Assembly (NCBI GenBank): GCA_023920165.1 | Contig: CP089274.1 | Span: forward strand, 5,022,001 to 5,086,000 | Direction of reading: 5' to 3' | Length of the DNA stretch: 64,000 nt | DNA from: Curvularia clavata | Taxonomy: Eukaryota | Shown here: positions 1-12,910 of the stretch, piece after piece | How the letters are laid out: each line of letters starts with the position of its first letter | How positions within the stretch are numbered: position 1 is the stretch's first letter | Notes under the pieces: generated by a model | Databases searched by the model: none | Told to the model about the DNA's origin: nothing | The model's input: the letters and a program-made list of their open reading frames with translations, nothing else | Translations under genes and position numbers: made by a program

Positions 1-142
1 GCCAGAGGGTTATATTCCTGTCCATTCCCAGTCCCGTGCATCTTGGACGCTGATGACGCTCGATCCTCAGTCTGACCCCATTATCATCGAGTTCAAGTAC
101 GTCTACGCCGTTTGTTGAAACATTGTTTGCCTGCCGCACGCC

Positions 143-1413
143 ATGAGATCTCCCCCGTTGGAGGTCATTTTGACCTGGCCCAAGCCCAACTATGTCGACC
201 CCGTCACCAGAGGGCCGGGCTTGATGATTGTTGAGTTGACACTGCTCCCCATTGCCATGATAGTCGTCTTTCTTAGACTATGGGTCCGGATATCATGGTT
301 GAAGAAGAGCTGGTATGACGACTATCTCATGATTGTGGCCATGATCTTCAGTATTGGTAAGTCCTCGCCACCTAGGCTCCCATCACCCCTTCATCACGAC
401 TCACTCGTCCCACAGGAACTACCGTTATTGTCATCATGGCATCTCAACTGTATGGGTGGGACCGCCATGTCTGGGACCTCAAGCCGCACGAGATGATGGT
501 TGGGAGACAGGTACGGATCAGTGTTGCCTCATGGCACAACCAGTTGATACTGACTTCTCCAGGCATCCATGGCAGGCCAAACATTGTTCGTCCTTGCATC
601 GTCGACTGTCAAGATGTCCATCTTGGTCTCATACTTTCGCATCGCACCCGAAAAATCTATTTTCCGCAAGTTGGTGTGGGCGGTATTCGCCCTCGTCTTC
701 GCCGCTTTCGTCGTCTTCCTCGTTGCCCTGTGGGTGCAATGCATGTGAGTGTATCAAACCATCATATCATCGACTTTTTACTGACCAGTTGCAGCCCAAT
801 TTCGAGTTATTGGAAGCTAAACTCTGATCACCGCGATTGCATTCCTGAAGGACCGCCGCTCGTCGTACAGAGTGTCCTCAACGTCGTAACCGACTTTATG
901 ATCTACGCACTACCGATCCCGACCTTGTTCACGCTCTCGCTGCCATGGACTCAACGCATTGGACTGGTCGTTCTCTTCTCGGTTGGTGGTCTTATCGTCG
1001 TTGCCAGCAGCTTCCGAGCCTACTGGGTCCACTATACGCTCTTCAGAACCTACGATGCGACCTGGGAAGGATACCAGATCTGGGTATGGACTGCCGTCGA
1101 AACAAACGTGGGTGTCATCTGTGGATGCATTCCAGCACTCAAGCCATTGCTCTTCCCACATCGGGCAAGACAACAGGGCTCGAGGTACGCTACCGGATCG
1201 CAGCACAGCAGGAAGAAGGAGAAGATCACGCCTGTCATCGACCAGGTCGAGCTGGACACGCGGAGATTGACAGAGAGGAACGAGTCGCAGCCCGGGCTTG
1301 CCATTACCAGCCATCCACATCACAGCGGCTTCTCGGAGCGACCCATGAGTGGCTCAACAGACAAGAGTCGGTTCGACATTGACATTGAGCAGCAAAAATC
1401 CTTCATGTACTGA
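143..1413 (+). CDS. PTH11-like (fungal rhodopsin-domain) integral membrane protein, no CFEM domain; 4 exons (about 143-356, 416-510, 563-744, 795-1413)
   Basis: Motifs [19 protein letters not shown]...WYDDYL, G(W)[45 protein letters not shown] are typical of the PTH11-like family. GT-AG introns at 357-415, 511-562 and 745-794 join the ORF fragments. Confidence 0.85.
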
Positions 1414-3111
1414 TCGCGAGGCGCAGTACGATATATCTTTATTTAATCTTTGCATACGTTGAGGGTGTGGAGTCGGATCGCCCTGCAGCTGGGATTCCCT
1501 GGTACCTGGGCTGGGCCGCTTGCACCTTGGACGTCCTTTTTCATTTGTCTTTTCTCATTACCACGATCAATGCTCGTTGATACCCCCCCATGGATGGGCG
1601 GAACTCTCAGAGTCGGCATTCATTTCTTACCTTCTTTCTCCCTATTTCCTTCTTCTTTGGGTGGTCATCTGCGCATCACGATCACGATGCCAGTCTCTTC
1701 TTTCCCGTTTCTTAGCGAGGCGTTTAGTACGGTAGCATATAATGCCATCACGTCAGCTCACCAGGGCAACGATCTCCTTTATACTTTGGTGCGCAAATGC
1801 TTCCGTGTGCAGACGTCGACCCAACTGCAGGTGTGCTTGCCTACCAACTCTGCTCAAATGTTCACATTTAACATGTCCAGGTCACGTTTTCCAGTGCGAG
1901 TAAGAAGCAGTGGCACTTGGTCGCAAGCACGACCGACGCGACGGGCGCGTGCATACGACTTTGTTGCAACGAACTGGTGGTATGAATGCGATGCTGACTG
2001 TGCTCGGCCATGGTGCGACGGGCATATTCTTTTTTTGGCCGTGCTTTGAACCGGAACCCTGAGCTCGTCTACTGGTGTTTTGTGTGGCCTGTGAGGCAGG
2101 GCTATGATGTCAGGGCATGACGCTTCTCCACCGCGCGCATGGGATTTGATATTACAGGCACAAACGAGTGTCGTCGCAATGCCTGGCGGACGAGGCTGGG
2201 TGAGGGTGAGTTGTCACCGTGGCGGCATAACGGGCGCAGCGACGTCGCCGACCACGGATGACCTCCCTCTGCTTGTACGCGGCGTATCGGACACGGCATG
2301 TGCAGCGGCCGTGCAGGGCAGGGCAGAGTTGCAACACCAGCCAGTCTGCAATAGCGAAAAAGGAGGCCTCTTGTGGTGAAGAGGCGAGGCGGTCGGGCAG
2401 TAGAAGGTTTAGAAGGGCCAGGAACCAGTCCCGAGAATGCGGACGGCTGGAGGTCAAACGTTGGCGGGGGGACTAGCGACAGGGCTGAAGAGGCGAGGCA
2501 GGGCTGGCACCACTTTTATCGACTCGCGGCCTGCATGGCTGCTGCACCATGACATGCGCCTACACGTCTGTCCTCACCGCTTCCAGGGCTTTCGAGAGTG
2601 TCGTCGGCTTGGGTCCAGGGTGCAAAAAAAAGAGGCGATCGTCCATCCTCTATGATGGCATCCGGGTCGGCCGCAACGCAAACGCAAACGCACAGCCTGC
2701 CTCCTCTTGACTGACGGGCCGGGGCCATACGGGAAAAATCAAAGCGACGACGGCTCCCAAGTAGCAGACCCTCGTCCCAAACGTCACAGGAGGCGCCCAA
2801 TGCTTTGGTGCACGACCGTTTCCAGCGCAAAACCTAGGCCTTGGGTGCCCGCGCCGGCCTGATCATGGCCGCACATCCCAAGTTGGCGTCAGAAGTGGCA
2901 GCGAGGCCCTGTGCTAGCCGGTTTGTATCCCGTCTAATGCCAACGCACCGCGCAGCTCCTGGCCCTACAGGGCATTCGACGTCCGAAAAGGAAGCCAAAC
3001 GACGCAAGCCGCCCTGCCCAAGGCCGCTGTTATATGTGCACTTGGCTGCCTGCGCCAGGTACATGCTCTCTTCTCATGCTCTCTCCATTGTCTCACCACC
3101 ACGCCCCCAAC

Positions 3112-4732
3112 ATGCACCCAACAATCGCTGCCATGTGGTCGCTCGTGCTGCCTCTGATCGTGCTGCCCTCGCTCGTCCTGTCAGCCCCGACCGCCTCTCA
3201 CCACAGCCAGCCAAACCCCGTCTGCATCATTGGTGCCGGTCCTGCAGGCCTTGCTGCGGCTGGTCGCTTGAAGGACAAGGGCATCAGCGCCGTCGTCTTC
3301 GACAAACAGGCAGAGGTCGGTGGAAAATGCCAGGCGTGGTACGACGACCAGTAAGTGTTTCGCGCCATTGCTCACCTCAGGCGCAATAGACGCCGCTGAC
3401 CACCCTTCCAGAGGCATCTTCCATCCTCTCGGCGCCGCCTTCTTCTCCAATGCCACCTACACCGAGACCATTGGCATACTCAACAAGACCGATGTGTCCA
3501 TTGAGCCTTTCTCTCTTGCCGGCTCGCGCAGCCAGTACATCTACAACTTCACCAGCGGTGGCATCATGCCCTATCCCGCCCTCAACGCCCAATTCACCGC
3601 TACAGTCGCTGCAGAGACCCCGAGATACATCGCCTTGTGGAACCAGCGCTTCCGGCCCATCAACGCTCTCAACTACCGGGTACGGCGCTCCCTTGTCGCG
3701 CCAACTCCACTAGGCTAACACTGCAACAGAACGGCGTACCACCTGAATTCACCGTATCCGGCGCCGAATGGTTTCGCCAGAACAATTTCACTGCCCTGCC
3801 GCTCCTGCTCGTAAACGCCGTCGCGCTCTACGGCTATGGCGATATCAACATTGTCCCAGCTGTACGTCATGACCCACCAAAAATTGTTGCAGGGATCGCG
3901 CATACAGAACACGCTAACGTTTGACTAGCTCTACATCCTCGAGTACTTCACGCCTGACATACTTACTGCTTTTGTTGGCATTCACAATGTCTACTACATG
4001 GACTTTCACAAAATGTTTGTCGAGTACTCCAAGAAGGAGTTGTGTCACACGCCCATTCACACCTCTTCCGAGGTCCGTTGCGTAGACCGATCCGGACCCA
4101 ACCCGGTCGTGACCTACACCACCCCCAAAGGTAACTTTATTTCTTGGAACAAACAAGAATGCTCCTCGGTCATTTTTGCCTTCCCGCCAAGCATCGAAAA
4201 CTTGGAACGCGTTGGCGTCGACTTGACCAAGGAAGAGTACGACACCTTTTCCAACGTGACGACGCACCAATACTACTCCTCGGCTGTCGAGCTCGCGCTT
4301 CCTTTTGGTGTATCCTATGTTGCTGCGAGCAAGTCTCCCAACGTGCCTCCACCAAACGATGGCGAGCCCGTCGCTGTTCTGCGTCTGAACCAACAGTCCA
4401 ACGTCTCGGTCGCCTGGTCCTGGGGCCCCTACGAGTTCCAGACGGAAGCAGCCGCAAAACGCTTACTCATTGAAAGCTTATCCGACATCAACAAGGACCC
4501 CCGCAATGCCACGGCCCCTCCCCTTCCTTTTGGTGAGGACAACGTCAAAGCGTTCCGCAAATGGGATTACTTCCCCCACTTTGAAACGGAGGCTCTCGCC
4601 GCAGGTGCATACAAGAAATACAATGCGCTCCAGGGTTGCAAGAAGACGTACTATGCCAGCGCCATCAGCGGTATGGAAATCGTCGAGTACGCCGTCCGCA
4701 GCGGATACGACGTCGTCGACCGATACTTTTAG
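3112..4732 (+). CDS. Secreted FAD-dependent oxidoreductase (amine oxidase-like Rossmann fold); 4 exons
   Basis: Hydrophobic signal peptide (MWSLVLPLIVLPSLVLSA; ATG at 3112 or 3133), then IIGAGPAGLAAA (GxGxxG) and EVGGKC, with C-terminal WDYFPHF. Introns start at about 3351, 3680 and 3862. Confidence 0.85.
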
Positions 4733-5489
4733 AGGCGTCCAGCTTTCGTGCCCGCGGATCCACTTTGAAGATGGCGAAAAAAAGAAAGCAATAGAGTACG
4801 CAACTCTTTTGTCCTTTTTTGTATTCTCAGTCACACGCCGCCGGGCTTTCCCCTCATGTTTTCCCGGGAACTCGGAACCTGGATATCACGGCGGAAAAAA
4901 AAGCGCCCCTCATGGCGGAACCCGGAGACACATCCCGCGTCTCTCGTCTCACGGCCTCCTCCATCTTGCCTTGCTGTTTTTTTTTATAACGATGTTTACG
5001 GCTCTCAATTTTTTGTCTTGTTTTTTTTGTCTATCTCATTTTCTCTCATCCTGCGAAGACTCCTTAGACATGATACCTAGCCCCCTCCCCACCACTCACA
5101 TGGATGGGGCATGGCACATACACGACCACGGCCCTTACCTTGATGAAGCGTCATGAACGGAAAAAAATTTGCGAGTACGAGTAATGTTTTTAGTTTCCTC
5201 CTTCCCCTATGCCCTTTCCTCTTCTTGTTGAAGAGGGAGGGTTGGCCCGGAAAGATGGGAAGTATTGTCCTGTTTTGATTTGGAAGTGGGTAATGGCTAA
5301 TCGATGCTCGCCTGCTTGAAAAACTAGCTTGCAGCGTTTTGTATATTGTAGCACAGAGAGAGACGAAGATTAGAATATGGTGAAAAGAAAGGGTAATATG
5401 TGAATTGGACGATGGAGGAGGCATGTCGGCAGACTTTGTATATAGACACTGCACACGTGTGTGAGAAATGCGTACATATCATCACACAT

Positions 5490-6394
5490 TCACATTCTCG
5501 AATCCCCATAACCCAATGTCTTCACCCCATCTTCAAACCGTATCTCCTCGTCCACTGAATCCATCGGCCCTCCCCACGTCACCACACCCCGCCCATCAAT
5601 TGCATATGCACCACCTACCTGCCATCGACACGCCCCCTCACCCACCTCGTGACCCCACACCCCTTCATTCTTGCGCAGCATGATTTGGTTGTACCCGTTC
5701 CGCGGGTGCAGCACATGTGCCCACGTGGAAATACCCAGGCCCCATAAGGCGTATAGGCTGCGCTCGGGGTCGACAATGACTTCGACGTTCCAGGCGCCGC
5801 CGAAGCTCGAGAGCCAGGCTTTTGTGGCTGCAGGCGTGCAGTGCGATATGGCGATGAAGCGGATGGAAGTGTAACGGTTTGCGAGGACGCGAAGGCGGAG
5901 GAGGAGCTTTTCGGCGACTGTGTTTATTCATGTCAGTTAGGTGTGTTCATGACTCGTTTTACTCGTATAGATTTATTTGATTGTTTCTCCCCACATCTCC
6001 CTCTCTTTCTTTCTCTCTTTTCCTTTCCAACCCCGAAAAAAATACCACACTTACACGGACATCCACAAAATCTTAGAAATAAAATAATTGTAGGGCGTCC
6101 ATCTGCTGCTGGGAACTGCAACTTTGCATGCGACTGTGCGCGGTCTCCTATCGCCGGCGGCTTACGAACGGGGTTCTGTGGCGGCGGAGGCGTAGTCCAT
6201 GATTGTAGGGCTTTGGGGACTCCCCATTGTACATTTGCAAAAGGGTTGGCAATGCCCGTGTCGTCTGAGGCACCTCCCTTTTTCGAAGTGCTGCCACCAC
6301 TGCTGCCGCCAAACAAGTTGTCTGTTTTTGGAAGCGAGAGGTTTCCTAATCCGGCCTTTCGCAGTGCGAGCTTGGTGCCCAGTGAGCTGAGCAT
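5490..6394 (-). CDS. AhpC/TSA-like (thioredoxin-fold, peroxiredoxin-like 2 family) protein; 2 exons
   Basis: MLSSLGTKLALRKAG...IILFLRFCGCP spliced (GTAAGT donor at about 6055, CACAG acceptor at about 5918) to FAEK...IAISHC...VIVDPERSLYALWGLG...RWQVGGAYAIDGRG, stop at 5490. Confidence 0.8.
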
Positions 6395-7203
6395 CTTCTT
6401 TTTTGGGGTTCCTTTTCGGTGGGAATATATAGAGGCGTGGCTTGCGTGCCTACAAGGATCAGGCCAGTGGAAGATATCAGGCCGAGTTGGTAGGTTTGGT
6501 GGAGCCTGGCGAGGGCGCGTGTTCAAATGGAGTGGTGAGGAAGGGGTCGAGTGGTTGTCGAGGCTATGCGCTTGTGGCGGAGGGATCGCAATGGAAGCCA
6601 CTGATGTGCAGCCCAGAAAATTGGCAGAGCAAAGATACGGAGGCGAGATGGCTGAGGAAATGTCCCCGGGAATGCCGACCCAGTGGCTGATCTTGTACTG
6701 TAGCGACTGTACAGCGCGTCGCGCACCACGCAGCTGAAACAAAGTACGTGGCACGGACGTCGCGGCTGAGGTCAGAGGGGAGGATGCAAAGACATGGCTG
6801 AAATCTCATCGAGATCAAACTGGTCGTGTCGCGTGTGGCATGCTGCTCTTTTTCATTGTGCAACTCATTGTGACATGATATGGTCCCAGCGGGAGTGGGC
6901 ATGGATTCAAGATGCGCTCTATGGAGGGGCGCGAGGGACTGGGCATGTCGCGCTGTCACGTGATGCCACACACACTTCTAGCGGGGTAACAATGCTTACA
7001 TTTCAACATGACTTCATTGCACACCTTTTGTCAAACCTAGCTCAATGGTGGTAACAGAAATGTGGTATTACAAGAGCTACAAGTAAAAACTGCAACAAAT
7101 CGGGTATCCCTAGCCTCCAGTAAAGCGCAAACAAAGCACCTGATCCTATTACTCCCATTACCCATAGCACCTTCGTTAAGCACCTTTTTATCGACAAAGT
7201 CAT

Positions 7204-9184
7204 TCATCGCTTGTACGCGAAGATTGTCCTACACTCAAGCACCGTCTGACGCTTGACACACTCTTCCACAATATCCTTGTCTTCCCACCACCACTTGGGC
7301 TCATCAGGGGAGTTGTTTACAAAACTTCCCCATATGTCTTTCCACAAGGCGCGACCTATGATGGTGGAAAGCTCTTCATCCACTTTTGAAGATGCAGGAT
7401 TGGAAGCACACGGCAGTGTCAGTTTCTGCTCATCGTGTTGATCAGACAATTCGAAGCCAGCGTCCGTCAGCCACACAGGGAGCAGTGCGCATGGCTTGGA
7501 GCATCTGAAAAGCCGCTCTAGGTTGACGGAGAGCCTGTCCTCAATCCAAGCACGCATCAGTGGCCCAGCTGTCTTGCGTACAGGTCCCGCGTCCATTACT
7601 CGAATTTCCAGGAAGCCACCAGGAGCGAGCAGCTTGTAGCATTCGCTGAACAACTCTGGTAGTTCAGACGATGGCACAAGAGAGGGGAGTGTTGACGTTC
7701 TAATGTGAGAAAAGTAGTCTTCCGGGTAGGGCAGCGGGACGGAACCAAACTTGCGGACCGTCAGGTAGGACACATTTCCGGGCAAGGGAACATGTCGTTG
7801 TGGTTTTGTAGTGAGGAAATGCACAGTTTGAGATGGGTGCATAGCAGACAGTTGGTACACCTCGGCTGGTGACGACTGTTAGAGCTTACACAACAGCGTA
7901 ACACAAGAGCACGACATCGACTTACAAAGATTTCCATATAGCTCCAGGATCTTGCCTGTGTTGCACTCTGCTCTAGGGGTGCTCTTCTCCCGTCCCGCGC
8001 TTTGCATCTGGAGACCAGTCAATAGCCAGAGCTGCTTTTCGAGAATCAACTAATATCAAATTAGCAAGAGCATTTCCACCAGAGAGTCCAATGTGTGTAC
8101 CTCTTCGTCCACGCCATCGCTAGTCACCTCTTGCCAGTCCTCCTTGAGCCGATCGAGTACGACCTTGGGACCTGCAGATTCCATTCTGCGAATGAAGCGC
8201 TGAAATCGGGTAAGCGGCATTGGCTCGCTATTCGGGGAGGAAAGTATGCTGCCGTATGCCGGTGGTTGCACGTTCAATTGTATTGCCACAGGAGCTTCGC
8301 GGGGTGCGAGACACTGCCACTGCGAGAACGGCTTGCTAGACATGTCGGAGTCCATAGAGGTTTTCCGAATGTCACTCGAGCTTCTTTGGCTCTGGATACC
8401 ATCGTATGGTTCCAATAATCTCGACTTCGAGCATATATACTCTATTCGCTTTTGGGAGCTGGAAAGATTTAGCAAAGGTACATGGCGACGCAGTGTAGAG
8501 TACTTACGGTTTTTTCTTGATCATCATATCCGTGGTAGACGTTGTCATAACAGTGGGTTCAGGAGTTAGCGAACTGGCCCGGCTTCGACTTGTCACGAAC
8601 GAGTCTGGACTCATTTTCAATTGATGGGCTGCATCCTCGCTTTCGACTGTAACTGGTGTCACCACATCGTTCTGGTCATCTACACGATAGGATTAGCATG
8701 AGTCTCTTTCTAGCATACTGGTGGCTAACTTACGGGAGAAGTGCGATGAAATAGAGTTTGATGGCCGAGATGAAGTATCGCCTTCCAGCTCCGGGACTGG
8801 GTGGTATTCATCCAGATGCAAAGAGTTTCCGGATGGTAGAGTGGCAGATAGTGAGCCGGTATATGTCCATCCTGGTTGCAGCGCTGGATCTTTGAACTCA
8901 TGTATCTTTGATACATCCAATGTCCCTGGTACAGTACGACAGGTCTTTTGCGAAGAATCACTTTGGCCAGACGGAGGCCGTGCGATCTTTTGCTTGACAT
9001 GTGCCTTCTTCAAGCTCGCTGGCCACCATAGCTCACGCTCGGTCGAGAGGGAGCCTCTGGAGCTCCTCGGCGCACTAGAAGTATCAATGGACGGTGGCCT
9101 AGCGGACCGCTCTCTTGCCTTGCGCTCTCTCCGCGACCCAAAGGTCTCCGGCTCTTTTTCCAACGGTAGGTCAGTTGCGAACAT
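7204..9184 (-). CDS. Conserved fungal protein with a low-complexity N-terminus and a C-terminal class I SAM methyltransferase-like fold; multi-exon
   Basis: ORFs 8693-9184, 8056-8475 and 7204-7860 are linked by GTAAG...AG introns (e.g. 8733-8680). ECYKLLAPGGFLEI resembles the MTase L.PGG.L motif; motif I looks degenerate (KILELYGNL). Confidence 0.65.
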
Positions 9185-10720
9185 GGTCAGCTAGGGACAG
9201 GGACAGTGGGGTTAGTGGGGCCGCTCTGAATGGACAGCCTCAGGAAATGGGCACAGAACGTGGACTGGAGGCTATTTGTGAGTAGAATGGAGTCTCGTCT
9301 CGTCGGCCAATGCACAGCTACACAGGCACCCCCAGGCTTTCCGGCAGATGGTGTCGCGGCCGTCAAGCGGACCACGTAGCGGCACCTGGCTCCTACTGCA
9401 TATGAGCAATCGACAAGACATTGTCGCACTACGGAGAATGTGGCGTTATTGACCTCTCAGGACATAGTTCAAGTCTACTATCAGGGCTCCCGAGCCAAAC
9501 CACATGCCCTAGTGCGCATATCCGCCCACCCACCCCATTCTGCCGTGCTCGGATGCTAGGCGCACGGTTGCTCAACGCTATGCGCATGCATACTTGGACA
9601 TGGTGTCCTTAATGCTGGGGGACATATGCGCCTACACGTGGTAAGAGCGCGCAGTGCCTCTCTCTATCTGGCTCGGGTCTTCCCCGGAAAAAGCATACTG
9701 CAATCTGGCGTGGCAGGCCCAGCCCATTAGTCCCTCGGCCTGTTCTTTTGCATTCCGCGGCGACCCCTCGCTAGGTTTGGTAAGGTGGAGGCATCGTGGG
9801 CCGTCTTCTTGTACCCTGGCCGCCCACAAAACCGGCCAGCATGCGTGACAAGGGAAATTGTTTCGTTCGAATGGAGATCAGCGTTGATCCCCAGAACGTT
9901 GCCGTCGAGCAGGCAAAGTGCCACCAACCCGGCGCAGCGGCGCGAACTCTGACCTGCCTATGCCGGGCCTCTTAGTGGTCAAGTAAAAAAACAAGCTGTA
10001 TGGCGCAAGACGGTCGCTTTCGTACTGAAGTCTCAAAGCGCCCGTCATCTGCTGCCACGGTGGGGCGAGTATTCAGGATCGACACATGTTGATCTGCGCT
10101 GGGGGTGCCTGACTAACCCGGTCTGGTCTCCCAAGCCCCTGACTCGCTTCCGTCCATCCATCCATCCTCCAGGCTCACCACCACAGCATACAGCTATTAC
10201 CCCCACCCGCGCGCACCATGGCACAAAATCCGGTTCGTCTGCACGACAACGCTCTTGCTGCCGCGGAATCGACGGGGGCTGATAGCTCCTGGTGCCACAC
10301 GACGCCTAGGGCACCCATGTAGACAATGCGTCACTCCCTCGTTCCCCCATATGGGAACGAATTCGGGGGGGCGTTTTTACCCTTGCGCCGGAATTGGCTG
10401 GACGTGACCCCCGGCTTTTCTAAAGCCTAGCCAGCTTGCTTCCTGGCAGTTCAAAGGCTAAGAAAGCCTCCATCTCGTCTTATCTTTCAGTGGCATTATT
10501 GTCTGCCTTTTGCTTATGGCTTTGATCTAGCCTGCTACAGTCGATAAATCCTCTACATGACATCTGCTTTTCTTGGGCCTCGTTCATGCTTGCTTTTACA
10601 CTTCGCCTCCTGCGAGACACATATAGTCAGTGGAGGCCGATCCTTTGCATTCCTCTGGCCGCCCCTTCGTAGCAAAGATCCGCACCTCCACACCTGGCTT
10701 ATCTTTGTCACTTTGCAGCC

Positions 10721-12910
10721 ATGCAATCTTTCCACGCTTACATTGACACATTCAATGCCCATGTAGGGAGGTCGACTTTTGGGAGAATATTTCGCCTTGA
10801 AGGCAGTGGACATGTGCGTCTCACCGTTGGAGCTTGTTGTCCCTGGATTACTCGCTGACATGAATGATAGGAGAATGAGATCAGGCATACTAGGCTTACC
10901 ACTGAAGTTCGAGCTGGCCTCACTTCTTTCTTCACCATGTCATACATCATTGCTGTCAATGTCAGTATACCCGCATCCAACTTTAATGCTTTACTGAAAA
11001 CACCAGGCCACCATTCTCTCGGATACCGGTGGAAATTGCGTGTGCAATGACAAGAACGACCCTCTGTGCTTGGAAAATAATGAGTACCTCCTCTGCAAAC
11101 AAGGCACGAGCATTCTGCAAATGCATCTTCAACCCCGACTAACATCAGCTCAGAGGTCAACCGCAATCTAATTACAGCAACGGCAGCAGTAGCAGGATTC
11201 AGTTCCTTCCTTTTTGGCTTCCTCACTAATATGCCAGTATGTCTTGCCCCTGGAATGGGATTAAACGCATACTTTGCCTACCAAATCGTCGGTTTCCATG
11301 GAGGCGGCCTCATCTCTTACGACCTTGCGCTTACTGCCGTCTTTGTTGAGGGCTTGATCTTTATCTTTTTGTCCTTGATCGGAATGCGACAATGGCTTGT
11401 CAAGGTCATCCCTGTATCGCTCAAAATTGCCGCCGCTTGCGGTATAGGGTTGTTCCTGGCTGAAGTTGGTTTGAGCAATAACGCCGGAATTGGAGCTATC
11501 GCTGGTTCAAGCAGTACACCACTTGATATTGCTGGATGCCCGGATCAATTCAAGGACGAATTCGGCTCATGTAAAAGTCACAAGATGACTTCTCCTACGG
11601 TATGGTGTCTTGCGATACCTCAACAAGACCCAGCTAATCAGAGCGCATAGATGTGGCTCGGAATCATGGGTGGCGGCGTTCTAACGGCATACCTAATGTC
11701 TTACAAAGTCAAGAGTGCTATGATACTGGCTATCCTCCTCGTATCCATCATCTCATGGCCGTACGTATGCGACAAGTCTACTGAGGGTCCAGCTATACTG
11801 ACATTTTCTCAGACGAGGGACTCCGGTGACCTTCTTTCCAGATACTGAAGTTGGCAACAATCGCTTTGAGTTCTTCAAAAAGGTAGTCAGCTTTCAGCCT
11901 ATCAACCGAACCTTGAACGCCCTGGACTGGAACATTGCTGAAAAATCGGGCCATTTCGCTCTCGCTCTCTTCACCTTCCTGTATGTCGACATCATCGACT
12001 GCACAGCGACGCTCTATTCCATGGCCCGCTTTTCTGGCGTTGTTGACTCAGAAACGGGTGATTTCCCCAGATCAACAATCGCCTACTGCACAGACGCGTT
12101 CTCCATCTCCGTCGGCGCTCTTCTTGGCTGTTCGCCCGTCACCGCTTTTATTGAGAGCGGCGCCGGTATCGCAGAAGGCGGGAAAACAGGGTTGACGGCC
12201 ATGACTTGTGGGCTGTGTTTCCTGATATCCATGTTCTTTGCGCCAATCTTTGCATCCATTCCTCCTTGGGCTACTGGATGTACCTTGATCCTCGTAAGTT
12301 GTTTACTGAACACTCCTTACTCGGGTTCGTCGTTGACTCAATCTACACAGGTTGGTTGCCTCATGATGCGCCAAATCACGTCGATCAACTGGCGCTACAT
12401 CGGAGACGCCGTCCCTGCTTTTGTGACCGTCATGTTCATCCCGTTTGGCTATAGCGCGGCCTATGGTCTAATTGCGGGGCTAATGATCTACACTGCCCTC
12501 AACGGCATGATCTACATGACAAAGGTTATTTCCAGAGGCCGCATCGTACCAGACGACGAGGATCGTCGCGAATATTGGACCAGTAAGTTTCAGAAGTCAC
12601 TGGACAGCACCCTACCTTCCCTGTTTCACGAGCCCGGGCTGATCTTGTCAAATTAGTCAAACCCGCTGGTCGCCTCCCCTGGTTCGTCTCCGCAAGCCAA
12701 GCAGTTGCAGATCGTGTACGCCGCACTCCCGGGTCAAGCGAAGACATTGCACTCTCCGACCGCGACAGTGAGGCGGAGTGGAGGTACCGCGAGCGTATTG
12801 GTTCCAATGGATCGCACCGCGAGCTCGAAGCGGTTATCGTGAAAGCACTTCCTACAGACCCGCGCCACGAGAAAGTTTTTACTAAGATGGGGGTACATGA
12901 AATGAGGTGA
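10721..12910 (+). CDS. azgA: AzgA-family purine (adenine/hypoxanthine/guanine) permease; about 8 exons
   Basis: EVRAGLTSFFTMSYIIAVN, NMPVCLAPGMGLNAYFAY, FLYVDIIDCTATLYSMARF and SPVTAFIESGAGIAEGGKTGLT are AzgA signatures. ATG at 10721, TGA at 12908-12910. Confidence 0.9.
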
